Source of the DNA: an uncultured delta proteobacterium | GTDB taxonomy: Bacteria > Desulfobacterota > Desulfobacteria > Desulfobacterales > B30-G6 | Reading direction: 5' to 3' | Assembly (NCBI GenBank): GCA_963823335.1 | Contig: CAWGLD010000003.1 | Coordinates: forward strand, 32,001 to 96,000 | Length of the DNA stretch: 64,000 nucleotides | Shown: piece after piece, positions 20,901 to 30,745 of the stretch | How the letters are laid out: every line of letters starts with the position of its first letter | How positions within the stretch are numbered: the stretch's first letter is position 1 | The notes under the pieces: generated by a model | What the model was told of the DNA's origin: nothing | The model's input: the letters and a program-made list of their open reading frames with translations, nothing else | Databases searched by the model: none | Program-made: the position numbers and the translations under genes

Positions 20901-22216
20901 GCGGCGGGATGACGCGTCTGCGGGCAACAGTGACGACTCCAGAGGCAGAACATACTACCCGCCACGCAGCGAAATCGTCGTCAGCAACGTGCCTCTCAGA
21001 CCAGGAAGGCATGGAGTTGGCCATGCCTGTCCAAAAGGTCTTGGAAACATCCCTTCGCCAGTTCATCGTACGCAGAGGCTCGCTGCATACGGTTATCGCG
21101 GGTTATCCCTGGTTTCTTGACTGGGGTCGGGATGCCATCATTGTTACACGCGCCTTGATCGAAGTGGGTGAAACCAACCTTGCCCGTCGTATCTTGAAAC
21201 TGTTTGGACAGTTCGAGGAGAATGGTACCCTGCCGAATATGCTTCATGGCACCCATACGTCCAATCGGGAAACATCGGACGCTCCGTTGTGGTTTATCAT
21301 AGCCTGCAAGGAATTGATCGAAAAGGAAAATGATCGCTCATGGCTTGGGGAGGCCTGTGGCCAAAGAACCATCCAGGACATCGTGCATGCCATCGCCAAT
21401 GCTTATATTCACGGCACCTCCAACGGTATCCAGATGGATACTGAAACCGGTTTGATTTACAGTCCTTCTCATTTTACATGGATGGATACCAACCATCCGG
21501 CCGGTACGCCACGGGAAGGATACCCCATTGAAATCCAGAGCTTATGGTACGGAGCTCTACGATTTTTGTGTACCGTCGAAAATCGTGATGGTCAATGGTC
21601 GGATTTGGCAGAGATGGTTCAGACGTCCATTGGCAAATATTTCTGGCTCGAGTCCGGATCTTACCTGTCCGATTGTCTGCATGCAGGGCAGGGGGTTCCG
21701 ATTCGGGAGGCAGAAGTGGATGACGCTTTGCGGCCCAACCAGGTTCTGGCGATTACCATGGGAGCCATCGTCCAGCCGGACAGGTGCCGAAGCCTGTTGG
21801 AAACATGTCAGGAACTGCTGGTCCCCGGAGCCATCCGCAGTCTGGCAGACCGTCCCGTGCTTCGTCCCCTGGAAATTGTCCATAAGGGGCGACATCTTTG
21901 TGATCCATACCAGCCTTACCGAGGCCGGTATGATGGAGACGAAGATACATCCAGAAAGCCTGCCTATCACAATGGAACTGCCTGGACATGGCTTTTCCCC
22001 TCCTTTTGTGAAGCCTGGGAGATGTCTTATGGTCCCGGGGCGCGCCAAACGGCCAAAGCCTGGATGCGCAGTGTGACCCGTCTGTTGCAGCAAGGTTGTG
22101 TCGGTCATGTACCCGAGATTTTGGATGGTGATTTGCCGCATCATCATTGTGGTTGCCCGGCCCAGGCATGGGGTGCCAGTGAAGCGTTGCGGGTGTGGTT
22201 AAAGCTGAACAAATAG
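17921..22216 (+). CDS. Glycogen debranching enzyme: GH13 domain fused to amylo-alpha-1,6-glucosidase (GH133)
   Basis: GH13 motifs DIAINH, GFRCDAG, FFLE, ETHDN; C-terminal AGYPWFLDWGRD, TWMD, YHNGTAW, PEI, QAW; in glycogen cluster. Confidence 0.85.
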   Translation: MSNDVNMTLKPEPGSKLLRYRGDTVTFTLTLTRPLKGTALLRTNLGQGSISRQQIILSVEKNLPGLGRDWFDIPMTEVTPQEFNLRLPLIDIGHFMAKVMFLPEHRQDPIWIPGPNITINVEPADTCCGNVIYNAFVRQFGPNKEGGFFEQNHNDAVQLLDKAGYAVIPPSGTFRDLIRELDFIIGHLGCRFIQLLPIHPTPTTYGRMGRFGSPYAALSFTQVDPSLAEFDSAATPLEQFIELVQAIHARNAKLLLDIAINHTGWAASLHETHPEWLVRSSKGDIEVPGAWGVRWEDLTKLSYQHKDLWRYMANVFLTWCNRGADGFRCDAGYMIPIPAWQYIIAVVREQFPDTIFFLEGLGGKIVVTRELLDEANFNWAYSELFQNYDGHNIAFQVLQGRDISEREGLMAHYAETHDNPRLASRSHVWAKMRTALCALSSFQGAFGFANGVEWFATEKIDVHESSSLNWNAEDNQVDHIHRLSKILKNHPAFHDQVRILVMDHASEDIFILLRHHQPSGKKLMIVVNLNDSESRRTAWQANENFGPPDSWMDLMTGEKVTPQMEGLTIGMDLLPGQVLCITDDPDDWSMIQKNTREQFQVPERIIRQRLRAKVLEVFQVANGFGKIGDQDLETSVLKLEADPVEFCREANTQSPESRVIRWVWPRDGRREVMLPPGHFLLVESPDPFQVKVSHQRTILRAEKSIMSPKGFHWALLNPIATPDEHLELTLQLSVYTAHGYHQEETCLMLLSVEIAVMDLCYPRKTLDEPSLRTLVTNDMGSASLLPVAWGKLNSRYDAALSANVNAEIPVDRWIMFTRLRGWVVYQDYSQALNGDCLETFNLDMSLQGQWTFFVPTGRGTHVVIKVKAVLERNKDTVQFVFERCPAIREQGCLPDMELIDIILRPDIENRSFHANTKAFQGLEHVWPAAVTPGEEGFIFRPDDLHILDIHQEKGSFVYEPEWNYMELRSEDASRGFDAHGDLFSPGYFKTQIRGGGMTRLRATVTTPEAEHTTRHAAKSSSATCLSDQEGMELAMPVQKVLETSLRQFIVRRGSLHTVIAGYPWFLDWGRDAIIVTRALIEVGETNLARRILKLFGQFEENGTLPNMLHGTHTSNRETSDAPLWFIIACKELIEKENDRSWLGEACGQRTIQDIVHAIANAYIHGTSNGIQMDTETGLIYSPSHFTWMDTNHPAGTPREGYPIEIQSLWYGALRFLCTVENRDGQWSDLAEMVQTSIGKYFWLESGSYLSDCLHAGQGVPIREAEVDDALRPNQVLAITMGAIVQPDRCRSLLETCQELLVPGAIRSLADRPVLRPLEIVHKGRHLCDPYQPYRGRYDGDEDTSRKPAYHNGTAWTWLFPSFCEAWEMSYGPGARQTAKAWMRSVTRLLQQGCVGHVPEILDGDLPHHHCGCPAQAWGASEALRVWLKLNK

Positions 22217-22356
22217 GGTTCAAAGGTCCAAGGGTGATACAAGGGTTCGAGGGTGGCTGAAATTATCATAAGGGTTCAAGGGTCTAAGGGTGATACAAGG
22301 ATTCGAGGGTAGCTAACAGCTATCAGCGGACAGCAGCATCCCAGCTTTCCAGCTTC
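22215..22356. repeat. Family C repeat (AGGGTTCRAGGGT..GATACAAGGG...GACAGCAGCATCCCAGC)
   Basis: Two tandem units starting at the upstream stop codon; homologous to 25096, 35335, 35437, 36413 (reverse). Confidence 0.75.
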
Positions 22357-22548
22357 ATGGCATTACCTGTGTGTCACCTCTGACCTGAGTAAATAATAAT
22401 GATTTTATTGTAGGCTCATCCATAATATACTATATAGTATAGGAACGATCTATTGAACTACTTAAAACTTGGCACCTCAAACTTAAATCACCCGTAAAAA
22501 GATTGCTTTGGACTTTTTACGAGGTCACACAATACATAAGGACAATCC

Positions 22549-25092
22549 ATGAAACATCTTCAAATGTATCAGGTCTATCCATCGGTTCCCGAACCATTGA
22601 AATTTCTGGAGGATCTGTCCAGAAATATGTGGTGGTGCTGGCACATTGACGCCATCGAATTATTCAGACGTATCAACCCGTACCTCTGGCGGCAGTCCGG
22701 CCGTAACCCGATCTTTTTCTCCACTTTGATTCCACCGGGACGCCTTGAGGAGTTAGCAACAGATAGCGGGTATCTCGCCCATATGGAGCGTGTGAAAAAG
22801 AAATTTGAAACCGAAACGATGCTTCATGCGGACAATGAATCAGTGGATGCCGAGGCTAAAACGATTGCCTATTTTTCCATGGAATTTGGTATTCATGAGA
22901 GCCTGCCCTTGTTTGCCGGGGGGCTGGGTGTTCTGGCGGGGGATCACCTGAAAGCCGCATCCGACCTTTCCCTGCCCCTGGTGGGTGTGGGCCTGCTTTT
23001 CAATAAAGGCTATTTTCGTCAGTTCCTAAATAACGAGGGGTGGCAGCAGGAGGAATATCCGGATAACGATATTTTTCATATGCCCTTGCGACGCGTCAAG
23101 GATCCTTCCGGAAAGCAAGCATCTATAACCCTTGACGGTCCCCATGGACCGATTCGTGCCATTATCTGGAAGGTGCAGGTCGGTTGCGTGCCGCTCTATC
23201 TGCTGGACACCAATATACCGGAGAATTCTGTCGACATAAGGTCTATTACGGATCGGCTGTATGCGGGTGAGCCAATGCAGCGCCTGGAGCAGGAGGTTCT
23301 GCTGGGTATTGGTGGCATGCGGGCTTTGGAAGTGTTGGGTATTCAACCAGAGATCTGTCACATGAACGAAGGTCATTCAGCATTTTGCAGTATCGAGCGA
23401 CTATGCCAGCTAAAAAGAAAATGTAATATCGACCTGAAAACGGCGCTTGAGATCATACCCAGGACAACCATTTTTACAACCCATACCCCGGTTGCCGCCG
23501 GGCACGATGAATTTCCAAAGGAGATGGTGACCCCCTATGTTGCATCCATGCAGGAGTGCCTCGGCATCGATACGGATCAAATCATATCCTGGGGGCAGTC
23601 CGGTGAGAAATCAAACGAACCCCTCTCCATGTTCGTGCTGGGGCTCAGGATGTCCCAGCACCATAACGGCGTGAGCAAGCTGCATGGTCGGGTTGCCCGA
23701 CGCATGTGGTCGCATGTGTGGCCGGGGTGGCCTGAAGACGAGATTCCGATCTCGCACGTAACCAACGGCATACACATCCCCTCCTGGGTATCCATTGAAA
23801 ACGCAACCCTTTTCGAGCGCTATCTGGCGCCCGACTGGTATCTGCACGTGGGGATCAAGGATCTTTCAAATCGGATCGATCAGATCTATGATGATGAGCT
23901 TTGGCAGACAAGACGCATGAGTCGTGCCAGATTGGTACGGACGTGCCGGGAATTGATGCTGAGGCAGTATGGCCGGCGAAATGCGCCCCAGTCAACCATG
24001 AGGGAGGCCGAGGGTATTCTGGATCCGGAAATTCTCACCATCGGTTTTGCGAGGCGGTTTGCCACCTACAAACGGGCAACCCTGCTCCTGAAGGATCCTG
24101 AAAGACTGAAAAGAATCATCAACAACCCTGATAGACCGGTTCAGCTTATTTTTGCCGGTAAAGCGCATCCCAAAGACAGGGAAGGAAAGGATATTATCCG
24201 GCAGTTGGTCACGTTTGCAAAAGATCCGGCAGTGCGACAACGTATCGTATTCCTGGAAGATTACGATATCAACGTGACCCGATACCTTGTACAGGGAGCC
24301 GACATCTGGCTCAATACACCCAGACGGCCCATGGAGGCTTGCGGTACTTCCGGGATGAAAGCCGCCATCAACGGCGTTCTCAATGTGAGCGTTCTGGACG
24401 GGTGGTGGTGCGAGGGCTACCGGGAAGATCGCGGCTGGGCTATCGGCAATGGAGAGGAATACGAAGACCACGAATACCAGGACATGGTGGACAGCTACGC
24501 CCTTTACAACCTGTTGGAAAACGATGTTATACCCTGTTTTTATGACCGCAAAAACGGGGAGTCACCCGAAAGATGGACCAGGATGATGAAAGAATCCATG
24601 AAAATGGCCCTTGATGACTACTGTACACACAGGATGGTTCTGGATTATAATCAAAAATTTTATCAACCGGCGCTTGAAAGCTATCGGACGTTTACCCGGA
24701 ACAATGCTGAAAGTGCCAAACAGATGCTGACACAGAAAAAGCGTCTCATGGACCTGTGGAAAAACATTCAGGTCAAAGAGCCTACCAGAAAGGAGAACGG
24801 TCCTTTCAGAATAGGCGATTTTTTTCCGATATCGGCTGAGATATCCCTGGGTGAGATACGTCCCGAGGAGGTTCTGGTGGAACTCTATTATGGAAAGCTG
24901 CGTACCATCGACACCCTGTTGCCTGGGAAGACCCAAACAATGGAAGTCGAAAAGGAGTTGGCGCGGGGTACATATCTCTATTCCTGTCTTCTCCCCTGTA
25001 CCTCATCCGGGCGATTTGGATTTACAGTTCGGGTAAGCCCCAAAGGGGATGATTTTCTACGATTTACGACAGGTCTGATCACCTGGGCGTGA
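22549..25092 (+). CDS. glgP: Alpha-glucan (glycogen) phosphorylase
   Basis: YFSMEFG, GGLGVLAGD, HMNEGH, ARRFATYKR, EACGTSGMK (PLP lysine). Confidence 0.95.
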   Translation: MKHLQMYQVYPSVPEPLKFLEDLSRNMWWCWHIDAIELFRRINPYLWRQSGRNPIFFSTLIPPGRLEELATDSGYLAHMERVKKKFETETMLHADNESVDAEAKTIAYFSMEFGIHESLPLFAGGLGVLAGDHLKAASDLSLPLVGVGLLFNKGYFRQFLNNEGWQQEEYPDNDIFHMPLRRVKDPSGKQASITLDGPHGPIRAIIWKVQVGCVPLYLLDTNIPENSVDIRSITDRLYAGEPMQRLEQEVLLGIGGMRALEVLGIQPEICHMNEGHSAFCSIERLCQLKRKCNIDLKTALEIIPRTTIFTTHTPVAAGHDEFPKEMVTPYVASMQECLGIDTDQIISWGQSGEKSNEPLSMFVLGLRMSQHHNGVSKLHGRVARRMWSHVWPGWPEDEIPISHVTNGIHIPSWVSIENATLFERYLAPDWYLHVGIKDLSNRIDQIYDDELWQTRRMSRARLVRTCRELMLRQYGRRNAPQSTMREAEGILDPEILTIGFARRFATYKRATLLLKDPERLKRIINNPDRPVQLIFAGKAHPKDREGKDIIRQLVTFAKDPAVRQRIVFLEDYDINVTRYLVQGADIWLNTPRRPMEACGTSGMKAAINGVLNVSVLDGWWCEGYREDRGWAIGNGEEYEDHEYQDMVDSYALYNLLENDVIPCFYDRKNGESPERWTRMMKESMKMALDDYCTHRMVLDYNQKFYQPALESYRTFTRNNAESAKQMLTQKKRLMDLWKNIQVKEPTRKENGPFRIGDFFPISAEISLGEIRPEEVLVELYYGKLRTIDTLLPGKTQTMEVEKELARGTYLYSCLLPCTSSGRFGFTVRVSPKGDDFLRFTTGLITWA

Positions 25093-25095
25093 AAT

Positions 25096-25292
25096 AGGGT
25101 TTGAGGGTCCGAGGGGGATACAAGGGTTGGAGGGTAGCTGACAGTTTAAGCAGACAGCGGCATCCTATCTTCCAGGTATCCTGGCGTTCCAGCATACAAG
25201 GGTTTGAGGGTTGGAGGGGGATACAAGGGTTGGCGGGTGGCCGACGGCTATCAGCAACACACCAAACACAACACACTAAACACCAAACACCA
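25096..25292. repeat. Family C repeat (two units) followed by a (CCAAACA)n heptamer tract
   Basis: agggtttgagggtccgagggggatacaagggttggagggtagctgacag...; caccaaacacaacactaaacaccaaacacc. Confidence 0.75.
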
Positions 25293-25300
25293 AGAAGCAG

Positions 25301-26824
25301 ATGACAACACATCCCAAATCACCACGTGTTCTGATTGTAACACCCGAGGTTACATATCTGCCGGACCGCATGGGAAGTCTTTCCCACTATCTCACCGCAA
25401 AAGCGGGTGGTCTGGCTGATGTTTCGGCAGCGTTGATCAGTGCACTTTTCGAACAGGGTGTGGATGTACACGTGGCGCTTCCGGACTATCGTGCTATCTT
25501 TTCCGATCACCTGGCTCCCTTCCTCAAGGAAGAGCAACGTATTATCCGCAAAACCATGCCGGACGACCGTATCCATCTAGCCCAGGACAGGGCATTTTAC
25601 TATCTGAACCATGTTTATTCCGATTATGGTGGTGAGAATACCAAACTTTCATTGGCGTTTCAGCGGGAAGTCATCAACCATGTTATTCCCCGCGTGGAAC
25701 CCGATCTGATTCACTGTAATGACTGGATGACTGGCCTGATTCCGGCCATGTCCCGCCAGATGGGAATCCCATGTCTTTTTACGATCCACAACATTCACAC
25801 CGTCAAAAGTACCTTGTCCCACATCGAGGATCGGGGGATTGACGCGGCCTATTTCTGGCATCACCTGTACTACGAAAAACCTCCCTATGATTATGAACAA
25901 TCATGGGGAAGCAACGCCGTTGATTTCCTGGTCAGCGGCGTGTTTGCAGCGCATTTTGTCAATACCGTGAGCCCGACGTTTCTGAGAGAGGTTGTGGAGG
26001 GACGGCATGAATTCATATCTGAGAGCCTGGGGCGGGAATTGGCCAACAAAGCGGCCGCAAATTGTTCCGTGGGGATTCTGAACGCGCCGGATCCGGTCTT
26101 CAACCCCGAAAACGACCGTCACCTCTTATACACGTACACCCAAAAAGACCCTATGAGCGCCAAAAAGAAAAACAAACAGGCGCTTCAAGCCAATCTCGGG
26201 CTGACCGTAGATCCAGAGGCAGCACTTTTTTTCTGGCCGTCCCGCCTGGATCCCAACCAGAAGGGTTGTCAATTGCTGGCAGAAATTCTCTATCATATCA
26301 TTTCAACCTATTGGGTGGATAATCTGCAGGTCGTGTTTGTGGCAAATGGTGAGTACCAGCGGGTGTTTCGTGACATCGTCTCGTTTCACAATCTTCATCC
26401 GCGGGTGGCTGTCTGCGATTTCAGCGAAAGCCTGGAGCACCAGGCATATAGTGCTTCTGATTTTATTCTGATGCCCTCACGATTTGAACCTTGCGGTCTG
26501 CCCCAGATGATCGCCCCCATCTACGGATCCCTGCCGGTGGTTCACGATACCGGCGGTATTCACGACACGATTTCTCATCTCGACATCGAAAACAATGTCG
26601 GCAATGGTTTTGTTTTTGAAGCCTATGATACCAATGGGTTGTGGTGGGCCGTCCAAGAGGCAATGCGCTTTTACAGGCGATCTGCCCATGAAAAAGAGGC
26701 CCAGGTCAAACGGATCATGCAGGAAAGTGCCAGAACGTTTACCCATGCGGTTACCGCCCGACACTACATCGAGCTGTATGAGCGGATGTTGCAGCGGCCT
26801 CTGGTATCGGTGTCTCCATATTAG
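25301..26824 (+). CDS. glgA: Glycogen synthase (GT5)
   Basis: KAGGLADV, IHCNDW, TIHN, MPSRFEPCGLPQM, TGGIHDT. Confidence 0.92.
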   Translation: MTTHPKSPRVLIVTPEVTYLPDRMGSLSHYLTAKAGGLADVSAALISALFEQGVDVHVALPDYRAIFSDHLAPFLKEEQRIIRKTMPDDRIHLAQDRAFYYLNHVYSDYGGENTKLSLAFQREVINHVIPRVEPDLIHCNDWMTGLIPAMSRQMGIPCLFTIHNIHTVKSTLSHIEDRGIDAAYFWHHLYYEKPPYDYEQSWGSNAVDFLVSGVFAAHFVNTVSPTFLREVVEGRHEFISESLGRELANKAAANCSVGILNAPDPVFNPENDRHLLYTYTQKDPMSAKKKNKQALQANLGLTVDPEAALFFWPSRLDPNQKGCQLLAEILYHIISTYWVDNLQVVFVANGEYQRVFRDIVSFHNLHPRVAVCDFSESLEHQAYSASDFILMPSRFEPCGLPQMIAPIYGSLPVVHDTGGIHDTISHLDIENNVGNGFVFEAYDTNGLWWAVQEAMRFYRRSAHEKEAQVKRIMQESARTFTHAVTARHYIELYERMLQRPLVSVSPY

Positions 26825-27039
26825 GATTTCATAAAGATGAACGTTCAACATCGGACGCTGAACATCGAACATCCAATGAAAACGAATATTGAAGAACCTC
26901 GCGGCAAGACTTGTTGGTTAGTTCAGGTCGAGTTGCCACGAGGTTAGCGCTCGCTGTTGCAATTCAATACGAACGACTGTTTCCTAATTTTTCAAATTCA
27001 ACATTCGATGTTGGACGTTCGATGTTCGATGTTCATTTT
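26825..27039 (-). repeat. Scaffold A (inverted GAACATC heptamer arms) carrying a family B element at 26888-26968
   Basis: Reverse complement matches the scaffolds at 41289 and 53188; starts right after the glgA stop. Confidence 0.85.
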
Positions 27040-27074
27040 ACAGCTTACGTCCAAAGGTTAAAAACAAGCGTATT

Positions 27075-29111
27075 ATGCACACGGTAAAATCAACCATCGA
27101 TCTAAAGATCACGTCTCTGCTCAAACAGGACCCCTTTCTGGAGCCCTATCAGGACGTCATTCGCAGAAGACTCCTCGCGGTAGCAGAGACCAAAACCCGT
27201 CTGATCGAAAACCAAATGACATTGACGGATTTTGCTATGGGGCATACGTACTATGGCCTGCATGTCAGTAATGGCGAATGGGTCTTTCGGGAGTGGGCCC
27301 CCAATGCAGTGGCTGTTTTTTTTATCGGCGACATGACCGACTGGGAGGAGCGGGCCTCCCATGCGCTGAGATGCATCAACAAAAACGGGGATTGGGAGCT
27401 TCGCCTGCCCCTGCAGGAAATGACCCATGGTGATCATTACCGTCTCCGGGTGCATTGGAAGGGAGGCGCCGGAGACAGGATTCCGGCCTATACCCGAAGA
27501 GTGGTTCAGGATGAACAGACACAGATCTTCAACGCCCAGGTGTGGCATCCTGAAACGCAATACCCCTGGCAGCATCAGACGCCGGAAAAATGCTCGGAAC
27601 CACCACTCATTTACGAGACCCATATCGGCATGGCGCAGGAAGAAGCCAAAATCGGAACCTACCGTGAATTTGCCGAGAATGTGATTCCCCGGATCGTCAA
27701 AGCGGGCTACAATACACTCCAGTTGATGGGTCTGCAGGAACATCCTTACTACGGCTCGTTCGGTTACCAGGTGTCGAGCTTTTATGCGGCCTCTTCACGG
27801 TTTGGCTCTCCGGAAGATCTCAAAATGCTCATCGACACAGCCCATGGTGCTGGATTGCGCGTGGTTATGGACCTGATTCATTCCCACAGCGTATCCAACG
27901 AAGTGGAAGGTCTCAGTCGTTTTGATGGAACAGATTGTCAGTATTTTCACAAGGGTCCACGTGGTCATCATTCGGCCTGGGATTCACGATGCTTTGACTA
28001 TGCCAAACCCCAGGTGCTCCATTTTCTCTTATCCAACTGCCGGTTCTGGCTCGATGTGTATCATCTGGATGGATTTCGATTCGACGGTATCACCAGCATG
28101 CTCTATCTGCACCACGGCCTGGGCCATGCCTTCACGAGTTATGATGACTACTTCGATGAGGTTCTGGATGAGGACGCTTTTACCTATCTCACATTGGCAA
28201 ATCACCTGATTCATGAATTGATGCCCTCAGCCATGACCATCGCAGAGGATGTGAGCGGTCTGCCCGGACTTGCTGTTCCGGAAGAAGAAGGCGGTGTGGG
28301 ATTCGACTTTCGTTTTGCCATGGGAGTGCCGGATTATTGGATCCAGCTGACAAAGGATACCCGGGATGAAGACTGGCCCATGGCTCATCTCTGGTATGAA
28401 TTGACCAATCGAAGATCCGATGAAAAGACCATCAGTTATTCCGAATCTCATGACCAGGCGCTGGTGGGTGACCAGACCTTGATCTTTCGTCTCATGGGTG
28501 ATGCCATGTACCACCACATGAACGTATCAGACAAACACCTCATCGTGGACCGGGGCATGGCACTCCACAAGATGATTCGCCTGCTGACGCTTGCCACGGC
28601 CGGGCATGGATATTTGAATTTTATGGGCAACGAGTTCGGTCATCCTGAGTGGATCGATTTTCCCCGTAGGGAAAACAACTGGTCGTATCATTTTGCACGT
28701 CGACAGTGGCATCTCATGGACGATTCAGGTCTGAAATATTCACAACTGGCTTGTTTTGATCGTGATATGATCCAGCTTGCAAAAACCCAGAACTTGTTCC
28801 ATGCTTCCCTGCGCCTGGTTCAGACACATAATGATGATAAGATTATCGCATTTGAGAGAAATCGACTCTTTTTTGCATTCAACTTCCATCCGGAGATGTC
28901 TTTCACCGATTATTTCCTCTATCTTCCGTCCGGACGATATGACTGGCTTTTCGACAGTGACAAACGCAGTTATGGTGGTCATGGCCGGTTGGATAACGCC
29001 CGAACAAGTGTTTACGACTCCAGACCTGCCAAGGGTCGTCCGGAAAGCGGACTGGATTTGTATCTGCCCTGTCGGACGGTTCTTGTTTTGTCTCGTTCAG
29101 ATATTAAATAA
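27075..29111 (+). CDS. glgB: 1,4-alpha-glucan branching enzyme (GH13_8, eukaryote-like type)
   Basis: REWAPNA, YETHIGM, GFRFDGITSMLY, AEDVSG, ESHDQALVGD, YLNFMGNEFGHPEWIDFPR. Confidence 0.93.
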   Translation: MHTVKSTIDLKITSLLKQDPFLEPYQDVIRRRLLAVAETKTRLIENQMTLTDFAMGHTYYGLHVSNGEWVFREWAPNAVAVFFIGDMTDWEERASHALRCINKNGDWELRLPLQEMTHGDHYRLRVHWKGGAGDRIPAYTRRVVQDEQTQIFNAQVWHPETQYPWQHQTPEKCSEPPLIYETHIGMAQEEAKIGTYREFAENVIPRIVKAGYNTLQLMGLQEHPYYGSFGYQVSSFYAASSRFGSPEDLKMLIDTAHGAGLRVVMDLIHSHSVSNEVEGLSRFDGTDCQYFHKGPRGHHSAWDSRCFDYAKPQVLHFLLSNCRFWLDVYHLDGFRFDGITSMLYLHHGLGHAFTSYDDYFDEVLDEDAFTYLTLANHLIHELMPSAMTIAEDVSGLPGLAVPEEEGGVGFDFRFAMGVPDYWIQLTKDTRDEDWPMAHLWYELTNRRSDEKTISYSESHDQALVGDQTLIFRLMGDAMYHHMNVSDKHLIVDRGMALHKMIRLLTLATAGHGYLNFMGNEFGHPEWIDFPRRENNWSYHFARRQWHLMDDSGLKYSQLACFDRDMIQLAKTQNLFHASLRLVQTHNDDKIIAFERNRLFFAFNFHPEMSFTDYFLYLPSGRYDWLFDSDKRSYGGHGRLDNARTSVYDSRPAKGRPESGLDLYLPCRTVLVLSRSDIK

Positions 29112-29139
29112 AAAAGAAATTTTATTTGGGAGGTTTGAT

Positions 29140-29247
29140 ATGGCAAAAGGAAAAGACAAGCGAAAACCGCAGGAAAAGAAAAAACCGCAAAGCAGCATGA
29201 AAGAAAAACGAAAACTAAAAAAGGAAAAAGCCTCAAAGGATTCTTAA
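29140..29247 (+). CDS. Small lysine-rich protein (35 aa)
   Basis: GGGAGG SD then MAKGKDKRKPQEKKKPQSSMKEKRKLKKEKASKDS. Confidence 0.6.
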   Translation: MAKGKDKRKPQEKKKPQSSMKEKRKLKKEKASKDS

Positions 29248-29341
29248 CTCTCGATCTAACCCTTAGACGTTACACATCTGAGCTGTTCGGGTAAGGCCCC
29301 TACCTCTGGCAGGGGCCCGGAAAAGTTCAAATTTCCCGAAC

Positions 29342-29836
29342 TCATCGTTGCCACATGAAAGGATCACAATCTATACAGGGCAGGCCTCCGCAAAGACCGA
29401 TCAGATAGCGCATGGCTTTGGCCAATTTATCCGCCGAATCCTCATCCGGTGTAAATAGCTCTACCTTGCTCTTCATCTCTACGTTCCCGTTTTCTTCGAC
29501 ACGCTTGATTTCTTTTTCATATCCTTCCACCGTAAGGATTACGTTGCTCAGGTGGGGCTTTACATAGTCAGGGCCTGGGTTGATTTTGCTCAGCGGAATT
29601 ATATATTCAAAAGTTTTTGTATTCTTTACTGTTTTGGTGGTCGCCGTGCATTGCCCCGGATCGACACTGACAGTGTCCCTCGATATGGTATTGATAAAGT
29701 CAATTGTCTGGTCCATGGTGGGTGCTTTGTACTTGACAGTCTCCTTGATGTCTTCCGCCATGGCCGGAAACACAAGACACAGACCAGCAAGCGAAATGAT
29801 CGCCGCTACAATGATCTTTTGTTTTACGATATTCAT
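29342..29836 (-). CDS. Hypothetical exported protein
   Basis: AAGGAG SD; signal peptide ending PAMA; C-terminal CGGLPCIDC. Confidence 0.7.
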   Translation of the reverse strand: MNIVKQKIIVAAIISLAGLCLVFPAMAEDIKETVKYKAPTMDQTIDFINTISRDTVSVDPGQCTATTKTVKNTKTFEYIIPLSKINPGPDYVKPHLSNVILTVEGYEKEIKRVEENGNVEMKSKVELFTPDEDSADKLAKAMRYLIGLCGGLPCIDCDPFMWQR

Positions 29837-30078
29837 GTTGTGCTCCTTTCTTGTGTGCGACAGCTCACCCAGGGAAGCCATTCTCCCATTCCGTGCTGAC
29901 ATGTGATTCGATCAATTAAACCGTAAAGCCGGGAAATGAAAATGTTACGGAACTATTAACACAAATAGGGGAAATATCCAGCGGCCTTGGTGCGTTACCT
30001 TTGGTCAATCTGAAATATTATATGCCTTAACACAACCGGTGTCAATTCTATCGCCGTTGTCATACGAAACGGTCATCG

Positions 30079-30735
30079 TTAGCGGAAGGTTAAGATGGGC
30101 CACCCGTTTTCAATCGCTTTCTTTTTTAGGGGCACCGTCGGTTCAACGACGGCTGGGTTGCCCACTGCTTCGAGCATGGGAATGTCCGAGTGATGATTCC
30201 CGTAGGCATAGGACTGATCGAGATAAATGTCTTTTTCCTGTGCCAATTTTTTAACGGCCACACGTTTGTGCTGATCGATACAGATGGGGCCTTCTGTTTT
30301 GCCGGTCAGACGGCCATCGCCAGCGATTTCAAGATCGGTACAAAGAAGGTTCTGGAATCCCAAGTCCTTGATGACGGGAACCAGCATGTATCGAAGCGAA
30401 GCAGACACCAGCACCAGGGTGTGCCCGGCTTTCTGGTGTTCTCGAACTCGCTCTATGATTCTGGGAGCAAGGTGTGGTTTCAGGTATGTGTGGTAGAATT
30501 CTTCAGCACCGTCTTCCAGCGGTCTGATATCTCTGTTCTTGTAGAATGTGAGCATGATAGTAGCCATCTGAGTGTCGGATATCCAGTCACGTTCATAAAA
30601 GAAATTGGTTACGGCAACCTTCAGTAAAAAAGATAAGCGGATTTCTTTGATTTCGTAGAGGTATTTGAATCCGATCCTGCCGCTTTCCACGTCGATGAGC
30701 GTTTTGTCAAAATCGAAAAAAGCGCCTATCTGCAT
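30079..30735 (-). CDS. HAD-IB family phosphatase
   Basis: FFDFDKTL, LVSAS, K, YGNHHSDIPML motifs. Confidence 0.85.
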   Translation of the reverse strand: MQIGAFFDFDKTLIDVESGRIGFKYLYEIKEIRLSFLLKVAVTNFFYERDWISDTQMATIMLTFYKNRDIRPLEDGAEEFYHTYLKPHLAPRIIERVREHQKAGHTLVLVSASLRYMLVPVIKDLGFQNLLCTDLEIAGDGRLTGKTEGPICIDQHKRVAVKKLAQEKDIYLDQSYAYGNHHSDIPMLEAVGNPAVVEPTVPLKKKAIENGWPILTFR

Positions 30736-30745
30736 GCTTGATCCT

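Noticed and set aside
21528-22223. Overlapping 150-200 aa ORFs within the debranching gene
   Set aside because: Alternate-frame or antisense shadows of a GC-rich coding region
25079-25419. Short ORFs in the glgP-glgA spacer
   Set aside because: Arise from family C and heptamer repeats; no SD or recognisable protein
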